From positions 32,428,001-32,492,000 of the forward strand of contig NC_087436.1 in NCBI RefSeq assembly GCF_036321535.1: DNA of 64,000 bases. The letters are read 5' to 3'. Shown piece after piece: positions 49,797 through 63,745 of this stretch (its first letter is position 1; each line of letters begins with the position of its first letter). The translations under genes and the position numbers were made by a program. The notes beneath the pieces were generated by a model. That model was given only the letters and a program-made list of their open reading frames with translations, did no database searches and was not told the origin of the DNA. This DNA is from Camelus dromedarius. Lineage: Eukaryota.

Positions 49797-50242
49797 CTGA
49801 AAATAAGATGTATATCATATTTAAATCAACAAACACCAAACACATCCTAGGTTACCCTGATTGAACTGCTTAGTAAAGTTCTTATAATAAAATTGTTACT
49901 TTTTTTTTTGGTAATAACTAGTAAATTTAAAATGTCAGAGTACTCCTTCTGTGACCTTACAAAAATTAATGTAAAATATTAAATCTCAAAAAAAGAATTT
50001 TAAATAGGAAATTACAAGAATTCATAGAATAAATGTTCTCTCAGTACAAATATGGATATGTTACCCTATGACAATTTAAAAACAAGTAAGACACCACACT
50101 TATTTTTCAGGAATAATTTCGATTTCATTTTAGCTTACTGATGAGTGGTTGGACCAGATACTATTAAGACATTCCTTTAGGTCTATCATATTTCTGGCAA
50201 AATATACATTCTAAAAAAAAAAGAAAGAAAGATTAATAATCA

Positions 50243-50413
<171 letters not shown>

Positions 50414-51034
50414 TTAATTGAGAAAAATAACATCATCTTTATAAAAATGTGAACAGTAAACCCTGGAAATTAATTCTTTTAAAAGTGGCTTTTTAAAATT
50501 TGCTCAAAACAAGGTAAAATGGAAAGAAGATAGAAACAAATTTTGGAAAAAGGCAAAATTTGATAGATATTAATTATCTGTGTGTCACTCGGTCTAGATG
50601 ATGAAGTGACAGTAAGGACGGACAAGCACTTCATGGGCTTTAAAGGCACTCTTCAGAGTCCTTCAATTTTTTTTAAACTTTTACCTCACAAATCCCCACA
50701 GAAGGTATTTTTAACTGATTACCAAAAACCTTAAGAAAAAGCAGTCATGTCCCCATTTCTACTTTTCATCTTAGAATCTTCAAAAACTTTCATATAGACA
50801 CCTTCAAATATAACCAGCATTAGTTTTATGATGTGAACAGTATAAGTCAGGAGTTCTCATAAGCTCCAATTTTTAGTGCCCTGTTGTTATGGAATAAAGA
50901 ATGAGTTATAATCTCTAAAATAAATACAAATCTTCAAACACCGTATGAAGTTTTCATTGTTTTTACCATTTCCCATCCCATTCAAATAACACCATGGTAC
51001 AGTTCTGATGGTTAGTTCAGTAACTTCCACTTAC

Positions 51035-51111
51035 TAGCTTGTTCCATTACTGCTTTTAATGGTGGTTCAACCCTGGCGAAGAGGGAAGCACATAATTGTT
51101 CAAATTGAGCC
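51035..51111 (-). CDS. HSPA4L: HSPA4L exon 8 ([25 protein letters not shown])
   Basis: AG/GT flanks, 77 nt. Confidence 0.97.
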
Positions 51112-51127
51112 CTGTGGGAAAATGAAA

Positions 51128-51236
51128 TAAAATTCATTACTCTGGGATATAAAATTGAGCATATCTTGTAGAATAACAATTAAAATTCACTATTTTGAAA
51201 TATAAAAATTGAGCATATCTTCTAAAATAACAGAAT
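51128..51236. repeat. Imperfect tandem duplication (about 53-56 bp unit) in intron 7
   Basis: TAAAATTCA.TA...ATATAAAA(A)TTGAGCATATCTT.TA.AATAACA twice. Confidence 0.85.
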
Positions 51237-51265
51237 GAAAACATTCAGACATGATTTAAATATTA

Positions 51266-51583
<318 letters not shown>

Positions 51584-51916
51584 TCAGAAATATAGATGCT
51601 TTCAGAAAAACAAACAAAAAACAAAAATACCTTTTAAATTGAAAATAAAACCAAAACCGCAAATCTTGTCAAAAATCACAGGGGTGCCAAATTTGGAATC
51701 ACCTGTAGTAACTATCACTAATTTTTAGCCAACATATTTATCCACTCTGAATTATCTGCTTTAGGTTACAGAGCTATATACCATGAAGTAAAAGAATAAT
51801 TCTAATTCTGAAATAATTCAGTTACAATGACTAAAACTTCATTATCTCACATCCTATGGTTGTACAACAGCACTGAACAGGTGGGCCAAAAACCATGTTT
51901 AAGAGAGCAAGGAAAC

Positions 51917-52042
51917 GTATTCAATAGCTTGTAATAACCTATAGTGAAAAAGAATATATATATTTGTATAACTGAATCAGTATGTTGTATGCAGAAACTA
52001 ATACAACATTGATTTTATACTTCAATTAAAAGTTTAAAAAAA
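51917..52042 (+). mobile_element. Very short 5'-truncated L1 3' end with 16-bp TSD
   Basis: TSD AAGAGAGCAAGGAAAC at 51901-51916 and 52043-52058; A tail; TTT/AAGA endonuclease-type site. Confidence 0.9.
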
Positions 52043-52198
52043 AAGAGAGCAAGGAAACAGTTCTAAATATGTAACCCAAAACAAAACAGCCAAGAAGAAC
52101 CAATTCAAAGATCAAATCTAAAGTATTTTGCAATTTGTCAATTTAAAAATCAGGAATTAGTGCCCCCAACCCTTGCCCCAAAAGTCAGGCTATTTTTT

Positions 52199-52342
52199 TA
52201 AAACTTGTATCTTTTTTTAGGTTCCACATATAAGTGATATCATATATTTGTCTTTCTCTGTCTGACTTGTTTCACTTAATATGATAATCTCTAGGTCCAT
52301 CCAAGTTGCTGCAAATAGCATCATTTCATTCCTTATGGCTGA
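52199..52342 (-). mobile_element. Short L1 fragment (ORF2 C-terminus) with 19-bp TSD
   Basis: TSD AAAAG(T/C)CAGGCTATTTTTT at 52180-52198 and 52343-52361; peptide SAIRNEMMLFAATWMDLEIIILSE. Confidence 0.88.
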
Positions 52343-52779
52343 AAAAGCCAGGCTATTTTTTGTAAATACATAGAAGGAAGAAAAAAGCACACAAGGGACC
52401 AAAAAAGAAAACAGAAAAAAATGAGGTGAGACAAGAATTCAATATAATAAACTTGTTGAGCAATAGACCACAACTAACAGTCAAATGGAAGAGGAGTAGA
52501 CAAGTCAGAGCACTAGACCACTACAGCTCTGGAAAACACAACCAAGACATCTAGTCTCAATTCCCAGGGTAGAGGGCAAAAATGACTACTTTTAGTAGTC
52601 ACTGCTAAAAAAGGAGAATCCCATTGTTGGTATGGTTCATCAGCTTTTTTTCCCAAGGACAAGTGGTGGAATAGTGGTAAACATCACTGTAGGATGTGAG
52701 CACAATCTGATGGGGGTGTCATCCCAGTCTAGCATGGAAAATTCATGGACAAACTTCTCATGATGTCCAGTATTACCTA

Positions 52780-52905
52780 AAATTAGATGCAAAACTGTGT
52801 AGGTATGTGACTAGTGGAAATGTGCATCCTTCTGGGGAGAAGGGTCATAGCTTTTATCAAACTTCCAAAGGGGTCTGTGATCTAAAAAATTATAGGTCTA
52901 CTCCA
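52780..52905. mobile_element. hAT-Charlie MITE fragment (MER103-like)
   Basis: CATAGCTTTTATCAAACTTCCAAAGGGGTCTGTGATCTAAAAAA resembles the recalled consensus end. Confidence 0.5.
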
Positions 52906-53535
52906 AGGTAGTCACTAAAAAGGAAGAAAGAAAAATGTTTTAATTAAGTTAAAATTCAAAACTAACTTCCAAGGATTAAACCAATTTGCAAAAAATTACC
53001 CTGCATTCACTATGAGTCATTTCCCTTTAATTTTCTGATTAGAAGAATGTTATTGTAATAATATAAACTGCAATACAAAAGGCTCTAAAAGGTGTTGGAT
53101 AATCCAAAGCATTTAATCTTCTGAGCAAATTCTACACATGTGAGAAATGGAGAGAGTGAGCGTGTAAGTCTGGATAAGATAATCAAGGTAAAAAAGAATA
53201 TAAAACCAAACAAAGGCTATAAGAAGATAAACAAAAGTAAATAGTGCCACATTGTAGAGAATTTTGATAAGGGGCTCCTGGATAGAAAGGGTTCTAAACA
53301 CAACGGGAATCATTTTAGAAAATGTCGCCTATATATATTTATAAATATGTAATTTATGCTCCCTGATAGTTATTTTTATTGAGTTATTAAGTCAGCTAAT
53401 AAATTATAATATCTTTACGGCATTCCAAGCATCTTATATACATTAACTTATTTTGTCCTCAAAGTTTTTAAGTGGCAGAGCCAAGGTGTTTAAACCCAGG
53501 CATTCAATTTCTCTATGTAGTCTTATATGCTGTTA

Positions 53536-53769
<234 letters not shown>

Positions 53770-54048
53770 TCACGCTGATACATTTTAATTCATAGTAGAG
53801 TAATAAAAATTATTAGTTTCAAAGTAAACTAACTTTTCATAATTTCGTTAATGTTTTTAGTTTTCTCTACCCATCTATAACTCTATAATATTAATGATTA
53901 TAATAGCCAAAGTAAGACATGTTTAACCTCTGCCAAAATATTGTACTCCAAAACAAGCTTATAAGAATTAGTACATACAAGAGTTTAAAAAACGCTTTGT
54001 ATTAGCTTAAAAAAAACTATAAAAATATTTTTCTCACAGTGATTTTCA

Positions 54049-54198
<150 letters not shown>

Positions 54199-54271
54199 TC
54201 AGTGTAACAGATTTCACTTAAATATTTCACCAATTGAAAAATGAAAATAATTGCACTAAAACTTATGTACA

Positions 54272-54321
54272 TTTGACACAACATTGTAAAATGATTATAA
54301 ATCAATAAAAAATGTTAAAAA
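54272..54321 (+). mobile_element. 50-bp L1 extreme 3' end with 14-bp TSD
   Basis: TSD AAAACTTA(T/C)GTACA at 54258-54271 and 54322-54335; insert TGACACAACATTGTAAAATGATTATAAATCAATAAAAAA. Confidence 0.85.
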
Positions 54322-55969
54322 AAAACTTACGTACAGCTTAAGGTAAATTATGATGGTTTAATTAAACTAATTAGGAAAAAATACTAGTTTTTTTTAAGGC
54401 TGGCAATTTCTATATCATAAAATTTTGACCTACATTGTGAACACAAATTTAAAGCAATTAATAAAATGGAATAATACTGTAGGATTTCAAAAATATGTTA
54501 ATTAAATCCTTGTGTTGGTCTGGTCTATAAAGATACACACTTGTTCATCTTTAATAATGAAAAACTAAAAACTCAAGAGTCTGCGAAAAATTAGATTGGT
54601 TAAATATATTGTTATATTCACATAATGGAATCCTATATAGATGTTAGAATCAGATAGATCTGAATTGTCATGGAACAGTATCTTTACTACATTTAAAAAA
54701 GGGTGGCACACACAGCACGATTCCATTTTTGCATATGTACGCATTACTAGAAAAATACAATCCCAAGTTTTTACAATGGTTGTATTTCAAAGGGAGGGGG
54801 AACTATACTACAGGGGACTTATGATGAGCATGTGTTTTTATAAATCACCAAAAAGAATATGTTTCTACTAAAAAAATGAAATAGTGGCTATAATGACAAC
54901 ACAGGTTTTGCTTCTATCACATAATTTTATTGCACTGGTGGTGAGACCTGTAACTTTTTTTTTTTTTTTGGAGGCTGATGAGTAAAAATTGGATGTAGGA
55001 AGGCTTTTCAATATTAGAAATGATGAAGGGATAATAATTTTAGATCATTTGCCAAAATAGCAGCGTACTTCCTACATTTAACTAGAGCCCTAAAATAAAC
55101 TGCTTGAGTAAACTGGATCCCTAAAATTACAGGTGGGAAATTTTTGAAGTGTGTCCATATTCCTTTGGAGATCAAAGAAGCCCACCTAAAAGAATTGTGG
55201 ATTGACTGACATAATTGTGGACTGGGCAAAAATTATTTTTGAAAGAGCTATCTTCAAAGATTATGACTCAAACAACTGGAGGAACTAAAGTGATAGGCAG
55301 TGGAAGGAATCAGAACATGTAAAATTCCTTAAAAATGTACTGACTTAAATAATTTTGCTGATGTTACAAATAATAAAAAAACTTTACACTTTTTGTAGAA
55401 GAAAATAAACTCATAATTTAAAACTTATAATTAAGATTTACATAGTTCTATCAAACTATGAAGCACTTTCACTTGGTCTACAGACAGATTTCTAAAAAGC
55501 TAATTAAGTATAATCCTGTACAAAATGACTTGGGGCTCTTCCAATTTTAAGTAGTCTCCTCCAATCTTACTGCTTTTTGAATTTAGAAATTTCATTTAAC
55601 AGATAACAACAGGAAAAGAACTTGAATTCTGATAAGCTTGTTTATCCTGATTTTGGTATTATCCTTCTGACAAAAATCTGAACTATCATGTACTATTTAC
55701 TTAATATTCAATGAGCATTTATGAACCAGGTACTTTTCTAGTCATTAGGGATATGACAGAGCATAAAACAGAGAAAGTCCTTCCCCTCGTACAGCTCACA
55801 TGGGTCTACTGTGCTAACTACAGTTAATAATCACCAAGAAGTTCATAAAGCTATATTTTGACACTAACATCTGACATGAAAGTAACATCAAGTATAGCTA
55901 AATAAATAGGAATGGATTTGAATTTAAGATTGTTTTAAAATTTGCACCATTCTTACATTCCCTTTCAAG

Positions 55970-56220
55970 TGGCAGTATGATGGAAGAGTAATGAGCCCAG
56001 GCTCAGGAATGAACTATCTAGGTTTGATTTCTAGCTCTACCACTCATTAGGTATGCTGATTTGAGACAAGTTATTTAACTTCTCTATGCCTCAGTCTTTT
56101 CATCTGTGAAACTGAGGTTAATATCCTACCTCACAGAGTGGTTCTGATGATTAAATGGGTCAATACACATTAAATGCCTAGAACAGTGTCTGGACAGTGG
56201 TAAACTCTATTATTTACTAT
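55970..56220 (+). mobile_element. MIR SINE
   Basis: ACAAGTTATTTAACTTCTCTATGCCTCAGT...CCTACCTCACAGAGTGGTTCTGATGATTAAATG. Confidence 0.85.
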
Positions 56221-56408
56221 TACAAAGTGGCTGGAAAACAGAAGGCTAAGCTCTAATATTTTTCTCTCACTTAAAAAATTTCAAATATACCAAACAAATT
56301 CTAATTACTAAATTCACTGATGAGTTTATAATATGATTCTATTTTTCTGATGACATGAGACTTTTGAACTTAAGGAGTCAAGTTTAACAGTATTAAGAAT
56401 ATATTCAC

Positions 56409-56510
56409 TATGAAAAGGAATATATGTATGTATATGCATGACTGGGACGTGCTGTACACCAGAAATTGACACACTATAACTGATGATACTTTAGTAATTA
56501 AACATAAAAA
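56409..56510 (+). mobile_element. About 100-bp L1 3' end with 14-bp perfect TSD
   Basis: TSD AAGAATATATTCAC at 56395-56408 and 56511-56524; GCTGTACACCAGAAATTGACAC and A tail. Confidence 0.88.
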
Positions 56511-56649
56511 AAGAATATATTCACATTTAGGTGACAACATATAACTTAAAAACTAGTTATCAATATGGAATGGGATCTCAAGATACAAGATACCGTAAAT
56601 AATTAAATGTTTTATTAAGAATTCTTAAAAGATAGATCTTTTCTTTTTG

Positions 56650-57155
56650 AAAAATACTGCATAGTATTTGATCTCACCTATATATGTAATCTAAAAAAGT
56701 TGAGTTCATAGGATAGAGTAGAATGCTGGTTACCAGGAGCAGGAAGTGGGGGAAATGGGGAGACAGTGGTCAGAGGGTACTAAAGTTTCAGTTATGTAGA
56801 ATGAGTAAGTTCCAGAAATCTAATGTACAGCACAATGACCACAGTTAATAATACTGTATTATATACTGGAAATTTGCTAAGAAAGGCGATCTCAGCTACT
56901 CTCACCACACATACACTAAAAAGGTTAACTATGTTAATTAGCTTGACTGTAGTGATTGTTTCACTATGTGTATCAAAGTACCATGCTGCTCACCTTTTAT
57001 ACAAACAATTTTTATCTTAAAGGTACAAGTGGATTTTGGGGAGTGATTAATATGTTTATTATGTTGACTGTGATGATGATAGCTTCACAGGTTTATGTAT
57101 ATGTCAAAATTTCCAGAAGTATACATGTTAAATACATCTAGTTTATCATTTTTAA
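56650..57155 (+). mobile_element. L1 3'UTR fragments
   Basis: AAATACTGCAT...TGGTTACCAGG...AATGTACAGCAC...AATACTGTATTATATACTGGAAATTTGCTAAG. Confidence 0.8.
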
Positions 57156-57516
57156 AAAGTATCTTTTCTTTATGATACAGAATATACACAATCTCAAATT
57201 CCCAACTGGGCATTTTCAAGCTCTGACATAAATGTCAAGGTCCCTAGAGGTCGGAAGTTAAGTGCTACCTAGACAGATTCCTTGCGATAAGTGGCAGGTA
57301 CAGAGGTCACTAATCACATATATTAGTTTTTTTAAGATTCACTGATTATCACAATTGAGTTTATGGGAAACACAGCCCTGAACTTCACCAAATAAAATAA
57401 TTTTCTTAATATAAAAGTAAAAATAGATTTAGGTTATTTACTGGATAAGAGCAGAAAGAGTAAAGAAAAGGGAAGAAAAATATTTCAACGTAACACTAAT
57501 ACACTGAAAAGACTCA

Positions 57517-57681
<165 letters not shown>

Positions 57682-59389
57682 CTAAAGCCAAAAGTGGAGA
57701 TACTTATTAGGAATCATTTATTCATCCAACAAGTATTCCATGAGCATCTACTCTATATATGATCAATATACAACAGTGAAAAAGGCAAAGTCCTTGCTCA
57801 ATTAACTTATATACCGAAAAGATTGCTTTAGTATCATTACGTCTCATCTCTAAAGTTCCAATGCCTTACACATAGTATTATAACCAAATTATTTTCAAGT
57901 GTTTTTTTACCTGCTCCAGATCCCCACCTCCCACAAAAGCAATTTTTATCATTCACTATCCAAGTAAACAAATAAGGGGAAAAACAATCATTCTTTTGGA
58001 AGTTAGAACTCTTCCTGAATTTAAAATGAAACCATGAGTAATACAGTTTTGTGAAAAGGAAACGAGAACATCAGCAGAAAAAGAGAAAATTTCCTTATTT
58101 AAAAAATTTTTTAATATGTACTACTCCAAGGTTTCTAGGGATAACTTTGACTTAAACATTAGAGGTGCATAATGAAATTTCAAAAAAATTTTTAGACCAG
58201 ATAACCACTTCATCTTATACATAGGTTTAAGACTAGGCTGCATTTAAGCACATAAAATAAAACCTTACAGCACCTCTTGACCAAGGAATACTGAAGGGCC
58301 TGTGCTTTGTTCAAGCAATCAAACTCTTTTATAATGACAACCACAATATTTATAAGCAATACAGAGTTTACTTAGAACTCATCCAATAACTACATTTAAT
58401 TTACAGAAGAAAAAGCTATGTTTTCTACCTCTGTAGCCCCAATGGAGTGAATAGTTTTATTCTACAACACCAAACTTTAGAAGAGCTTTAAGGAACTTCT
58501 CTCTCAAGCATCACAATGTATGTATGTATATAGGTACATAAATACATATAAATAATCTTGTAAAATTTACTCTGAAACAGACCTAAAATTGGTATCTATT
58601 TGTTTCCAAATTAATTTGCAAGTTCAAAACCAAGTATTACATGCAATTAGTCTTTAAATGTGAGAAGAAAGCAAGCACACTGAAATGAGGGAAAATGAAC
58701 AAATACCATGTGTCAATCTGATTATAGAAGACATAACAATACAGTATTTTTTAAGAATATAAAAGTTAGATGAAATAAAGTATATTCAAACAAATGTTGA
58801 AAAAACTAAATGTATAAAGTGCTTGAGGAGTTAAACGCTAAAGATTTTCAATCTTCAAAAGATGAAGAAACTTAGGTCAACACAGGATTGACATCTTTTC
58901 AAAGCCTCTTTAACTAGCTTACATGTACTCACTACGCCGCATAAGAATTTTATTACTTAAAAATTAGATTTTGACTTTCTTTAAAAATAATGTTTTTCTC
59001 AAACTACTTACAAAGCATGATTTTTAAATTTCTTTTAAAGAATAAAAGCAACATAATTTAAGTAGTTTAGAATAAAACTGCACCATGTAGTCATTAACCA
59101 GAACTTATCAGATCTAAAGGATATGTGAATATTATTATCTCATTTATTGCTATCATAACCTATCCAGCTATCGAGTCAGCAACCCTTGATCCAGAATTTC
59201 ACCTAAAATATTAATTCACAATTTTTCAACTTGTCTTTAACCTCTCATGGTGTCTTCTTTGACCGACTGTAACAGCCTCATGTCTCCTTACTACAACTCA
59301 TCATCCATCCTGTAGTCAGACCCTCTTCTAAACATGGAAATACGTGAACAGCCTTAAAACATATATCAAATTTAAAGTTACCTATTAAA

Positions 59390-59960
59390 TTTTTACCTTT
59401 GAAATATAATTCACATAGCATAAAGTTTATACTTCTGAAGTGTACAAGTCAGTGGTGTTCAGTATAGTCAAGCTGTACATTGATTAACATCAATTGTACA
59501 TTTCCATCACCCTAAAAAGCCGTAGTAGTTGTAAAGGGACCTTTTCCCTCTTACCCTTAACTCCTAGCAACCATAAATTTGCTTTCTGTGTCTACTGATT
59601 TGCCCAATACTGGACATCCATATAAATGGAATCAAACAACATGTGGCCTTTTATATCCGGCTTTTTTTTTCTTTCCAGTTAGCATGTTTTCAAGGTTCAT
59701 CCGTGTTATAGCACATTATCAGTACTTCACTTCTTTTTATGGCCAAATAATATATTCCACTGGATAGCTATACCATATTTTGTTTATCTACTCATCAGCT
59801 GATGGACACTTACATTGCTTCTACCTTCTAGCTATCAATGAATAATGCTACTATGAACACTATTGAATAAATTTTTGTGTGCACATACAGTTCAGTTCTC
59901 TTGTGTATATACCTAAGAGTGGAACTGCTGGGTTATATGGTAACTCTTATGTGTTTTGGG
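59390..59960 (-). mobile_element. LINE-1 3' end (L1MB-like)
   Basis: GAAATATAATTCACATAGCATAAA...CATATAAATGGAATCA...TTTTCAAGGTTCATCCGTGTT. Confidence 0.85.
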
Positions 59961-60450
59961 GTATTCTGTTAGTTTTTGTTAACTAATCTACAACTTTCTG
60001 CCTGAAGATGTAGAAATAAAAAACCAGAATCCACCTCTTACTTGGAAAAAGAGTTTGCTTTAATACTTCTTAATATAAGATTCTAAATCAGAGAAAACTC
60101 ATTAGAGCAATTAACATACTTTTTGGGTCTATTTCTCTAAATCACATGCCTCTGCCTTTATCCCTCAAAAATGGTTCACCTCTAAAAGTTCTCCAAATAA
60201 TAATCCTTTTTTCCAGACAATAAAAGTATTTAGAGTTAAAAAAGGTAATAATCTTATAATAAGAATAAGATAATCTTATTCTAAATTAGATTTTTTTGGC
60301 ATTCACTAAAGCATACTACAAAAACTGCCTGTATTTTGGCATGTATGTACTGCATCCAGAGGAAAAGAGTTAAATTACAAATAGGCAATATTATCGTATT
60401 TGGTTTCTTTAGTTTGAATATATATGTCCTTTCTGGTACTATAAGCTTAC

Positions 60451-60591
60451 CTTAACTCCTGCACTTCCATTAGGCATCTTCTGAAGCTCATAGGGAAGCC
60501 TGATCCTTTCAGTTTGCACAATAGGATCATCAAATGATCGCCCATGAAGCTTTTTGAAACCATGAATCGTATTTCTTACATTTGTGACTAT
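60451..60591 (-). CDS. HSPA4L: HSPA4L exon 3 ([26 protein letters not shown]...GSAGVK)
   Basis: AG/GT flanks, 141 nt. Confidence 0.98.
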
Positions 60592-62151
60592 CTGTTGGCA
60601 GTAAACACTTTTATTTATCAATTACTTAATGAATGCAAAATCAACACTGTGGTAATACTTGAGAATGACCAAGTCTACTTATCCTACACAATGAAGTTCA
60701 GAATCACACACAATCATTTTTCTGGTTTCAAACTGATGGTAAAATTATTGCCCCTCAAACTCTCCACCTAACCTAGGAATGTTAGATTCAAAATTGATGT
60801 CTTCGAAAAAGAACAAAACTGAAAACTTTTCAAATAATATAATGAAAACCTATCTACAACTCACCTCTTTGGTTTTCCTCAACACTTTTGTGCTAATAAA
60901 TTAGTATCTTTGATTTCTTTCTTTGAATTTTCATTTGTGTTTTTATTTAAACTATATTTTTTATCACCATGTTTTTCTTTTACTCTTACTATCTTATTCT
61001 CCGTGAAATTTCTCATGTACTACGTCGCTTCCATTGCTGAGTATTGCTCCTAGGCAAGAAAATTAAAACTCTTTCCATATAGCATGGTGCTAAGTTAAAG
61101 TATTTTAATTTATAAATAGCTTGTATTTTGGCAGAGTAATTCTTTCTTTACCTAGAACATGTAGTTCAAACTATAGAATATTGTCCAGTTATTGTCCTCT
61201 TAGCAACCTTTAAAGCCAAACAGATTTTGATCTTCAATTATAAGATGAAAACTACAGGGATACTGAATTACCATGTTGATCTCTCTAGCTCTTTAGGAAA
61301 AATAACTTAGTTTGCTAACTTAGAAGGTCTACAATACACTTAGAAGATCAGCCAAAATATGAGATGTAAACTTTAGTGAAGGGGTCTTTTTGGCACAAAC
61401 AACATTTGTTTATGTGCAATATGAAAATGGAAAAGGGGGGGGGAACCATATTCATACATAGGCCAACTTTGAGGCAATCTTGATAAAAATCTTAAGCAAA
61501 AATTCCTGGATTAATGAGTAAATTACTCCTACAAAGTCATGAGGAAAAAGGCCCATTAAACAGTTATTTTCTAATAAAGAAAAGAAGACCCAGGTATATA
61601 TTAAAAAGAAAGAAAGAAGTCTTGAGGGCTTTTGATTTATGACAATAAACAAAATCCAAGGAAAATGAATCTATACCATGGAACATTTTTAAATATGAAT
61701 GTTTTACTCAAAAGAATTTCAGAAGCCTAGAAATATGAATACTTAAACAGATTCCATGTAAAGTAGTAGCCACATGGGATTACTCTGGAAATCAGTTTCT
61801 CCATTTTCCCCACCTTCTTTTACAAAGACATTGCTCACTTGTGGTAGGGCATATATCCTACATAGGATATCCATCATAGGAAGTGGCCATACAAGGAAAA
61901 ACTGATGCCATTTGGTAGTACAACTTCACAACCAAAACCTTACAACTAAGCTTCACAACTAAAAATTTTTTAAAAAATAAAATTCAAGAAATATTTTACA
62001 ACCCAAAGCAAAATACATCTAATAAAATACAAAGATGTTAGATATGTCATCTTCCTCCTCCTCTTTTTTCACTCTTAAATATATAAAATGGGAGCTTAGT
62101 TACCAGTATTAATTCTTCCTATAAGTCAAAACATCCACAGTAACAGTTTAC

Positions 62152-62209
62152 CTGGCTCTTAGCTGCATTTCCAATGGCTCGCGTTCTCGATCCCAAAGAT
62201 ATACAGGCC
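62152..62209 (-). CDS. HSPA4L: HSPA4L exon 2 (ACISLGSRTRAIGNAAKSQ); exon 1 outside window
   Basis: AG/GT flanks, 58 nt; exons 2-19 join into 2416 nt of continuous frame. Confidence 0.97.
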
Positions 62210-62504
62210 CTAAAAAGGAAAAAACAAGTTTGTTCCCAAGGTATTTTTATATTAATGTGTTATTATTCTGCTTCTCTTAATACAAAAATGAATTTGAAGG
62301 ATTAATAGAGTATTATTTTAAAAAATAGGTTACTGAAATCAGAGTTTTACATAATTTTCAAGCTCTTCTAAGTAATGGAATAATGATCAGAATACATGTT
62401 AGAATTTTAAAAAATGTGCTAATAGTTAGCAACACTACGTTGGTCCCAAATTTGTTTTCCAAATTCTACTGGTCTATGACTTTCTAAAACAGTTATCTGT
62501 ATTC

Positions 62505-62700
62505 AGTAAGGCCAGACTGCCTGGATCTAAATCCTGGCTCTCACGTAACAGCTAAGTAACCTTATGGAAATTACCTATCTGTTATTTGCCTCAGTTTCCC
62601 ATCTGGAAGAGAGCAATGATAATAATACCTACTCATAGGGCCATGTGAGGATTAAATGAGTAAATATAGGTAAATGCTTTGAACAGTATGACTGCTGTTT
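62505..62700 (+). mobile_element. MIR SINE
   Basis: GACTGCCTGGATCTAAATCCTGGCTC...GCCTCAGTTTCCCATCTG...GTGAGGATTAAATGAG. Confidence 0.85.
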
Positions 62701-63079
62701 TAATTACTGTATTTAAATCTTATTCTGCTTATAAAAGCAAGCAAAGAGTAACACTTTTATCAAAATACCATTTTATGCTGATTCAAGAAAATGTTTGTCC
62801 ATGGCTTCAATCATAATTACAGGTAATAATTCATTTAATCACCAAATATCTACAGGCATTATATATACCAGTTACAATCACTGTCCTTGAAGAATTTAGT
62901 CTATTAAAAAAAATCAACATACAAAATAAAATTATGAACGATGCTAGCAGAAAACGAATAATCACTTCTAGACAGTAAGATTTAGAAAAATCAAGTAGAA
63001 TTAGATGTAATTTCTGAATTAAGACTTTAAAGAAGAGAATGCATCTTAATATGTATCTGTTTTGTGGAAAAGGACATTC

Positions 63080-63555
63080 CTGGCATATTCTCAATATGAC
63101 AGCCCAAGTGATTCTCTTAAAGACTAAGATCCTGAAACTCTTCTGCTAAAAACCCGCCAATGGTGTCTGTCCTGTCTTACAAAATAAAAGCTTAAGTCTT
63201 CCCAACAGTCAATACAGCCCTTCATGGTTTGTTTCTTAGCTGCTCTAACCTACAACTTCAATCTAGGCACACAGGTCTCTGTCATGTCTAGAACAGGGCA
63301 AGCACACTTCTACCTCAGGGCCTTTGTACACGCTGTTCTCTCTTTCTGGAACATGTGGGTTGAGCTCTCTCGTGTTTCTGGCTCAAATGTCAGCTTATCA
63401 GACACCTTTTCTGACTGTTTTATATAAATAACATTCTTGCTCCTCCCCAACACATACATTTGTTTACGCAATTGTATTTTTCTCCATAATGTATCACCAT
63501 CTTATACAATTTATTGTTTTACTGATTATATCTCCACACTAGAGTGTGAACTCCA
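63080..63555 (+). mobile_element. LINE-2 3' region
   Basis: CTACCTCAGGGCCTTTGTACACGCTGTTC...CTCAAATGTCA...CACTAGAGTGTGAACTCCATG. Confidence 0.8.
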
Positions 63556-63745
63556 TGTGGCTAATAAAATTTAAACTGACTAAAATTAAAAATTCAGTTC
63601 CTCAGCATTAGTTACATTTCAAGGGCTCAACAACCAACTCTCAAGTACTTTAACAGCTACATATGGCTAGTGGATATACAGAAAACAGAAAATACATAAA
63701 ACATATATAGTAGAATAGAAAGTTCTACTGGATAGCACTGGTCTA
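63555..63745. mobile_element. MER3/MER33-like hAT-Charlie fragment
   Basis: ATGTGGCTA...AAAATTCAGTTCCTCAG...CATTTCAAG...GGCTAGTGG...AAAGTTCTACTGGATAGCACTG. Confidence 0.75.
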
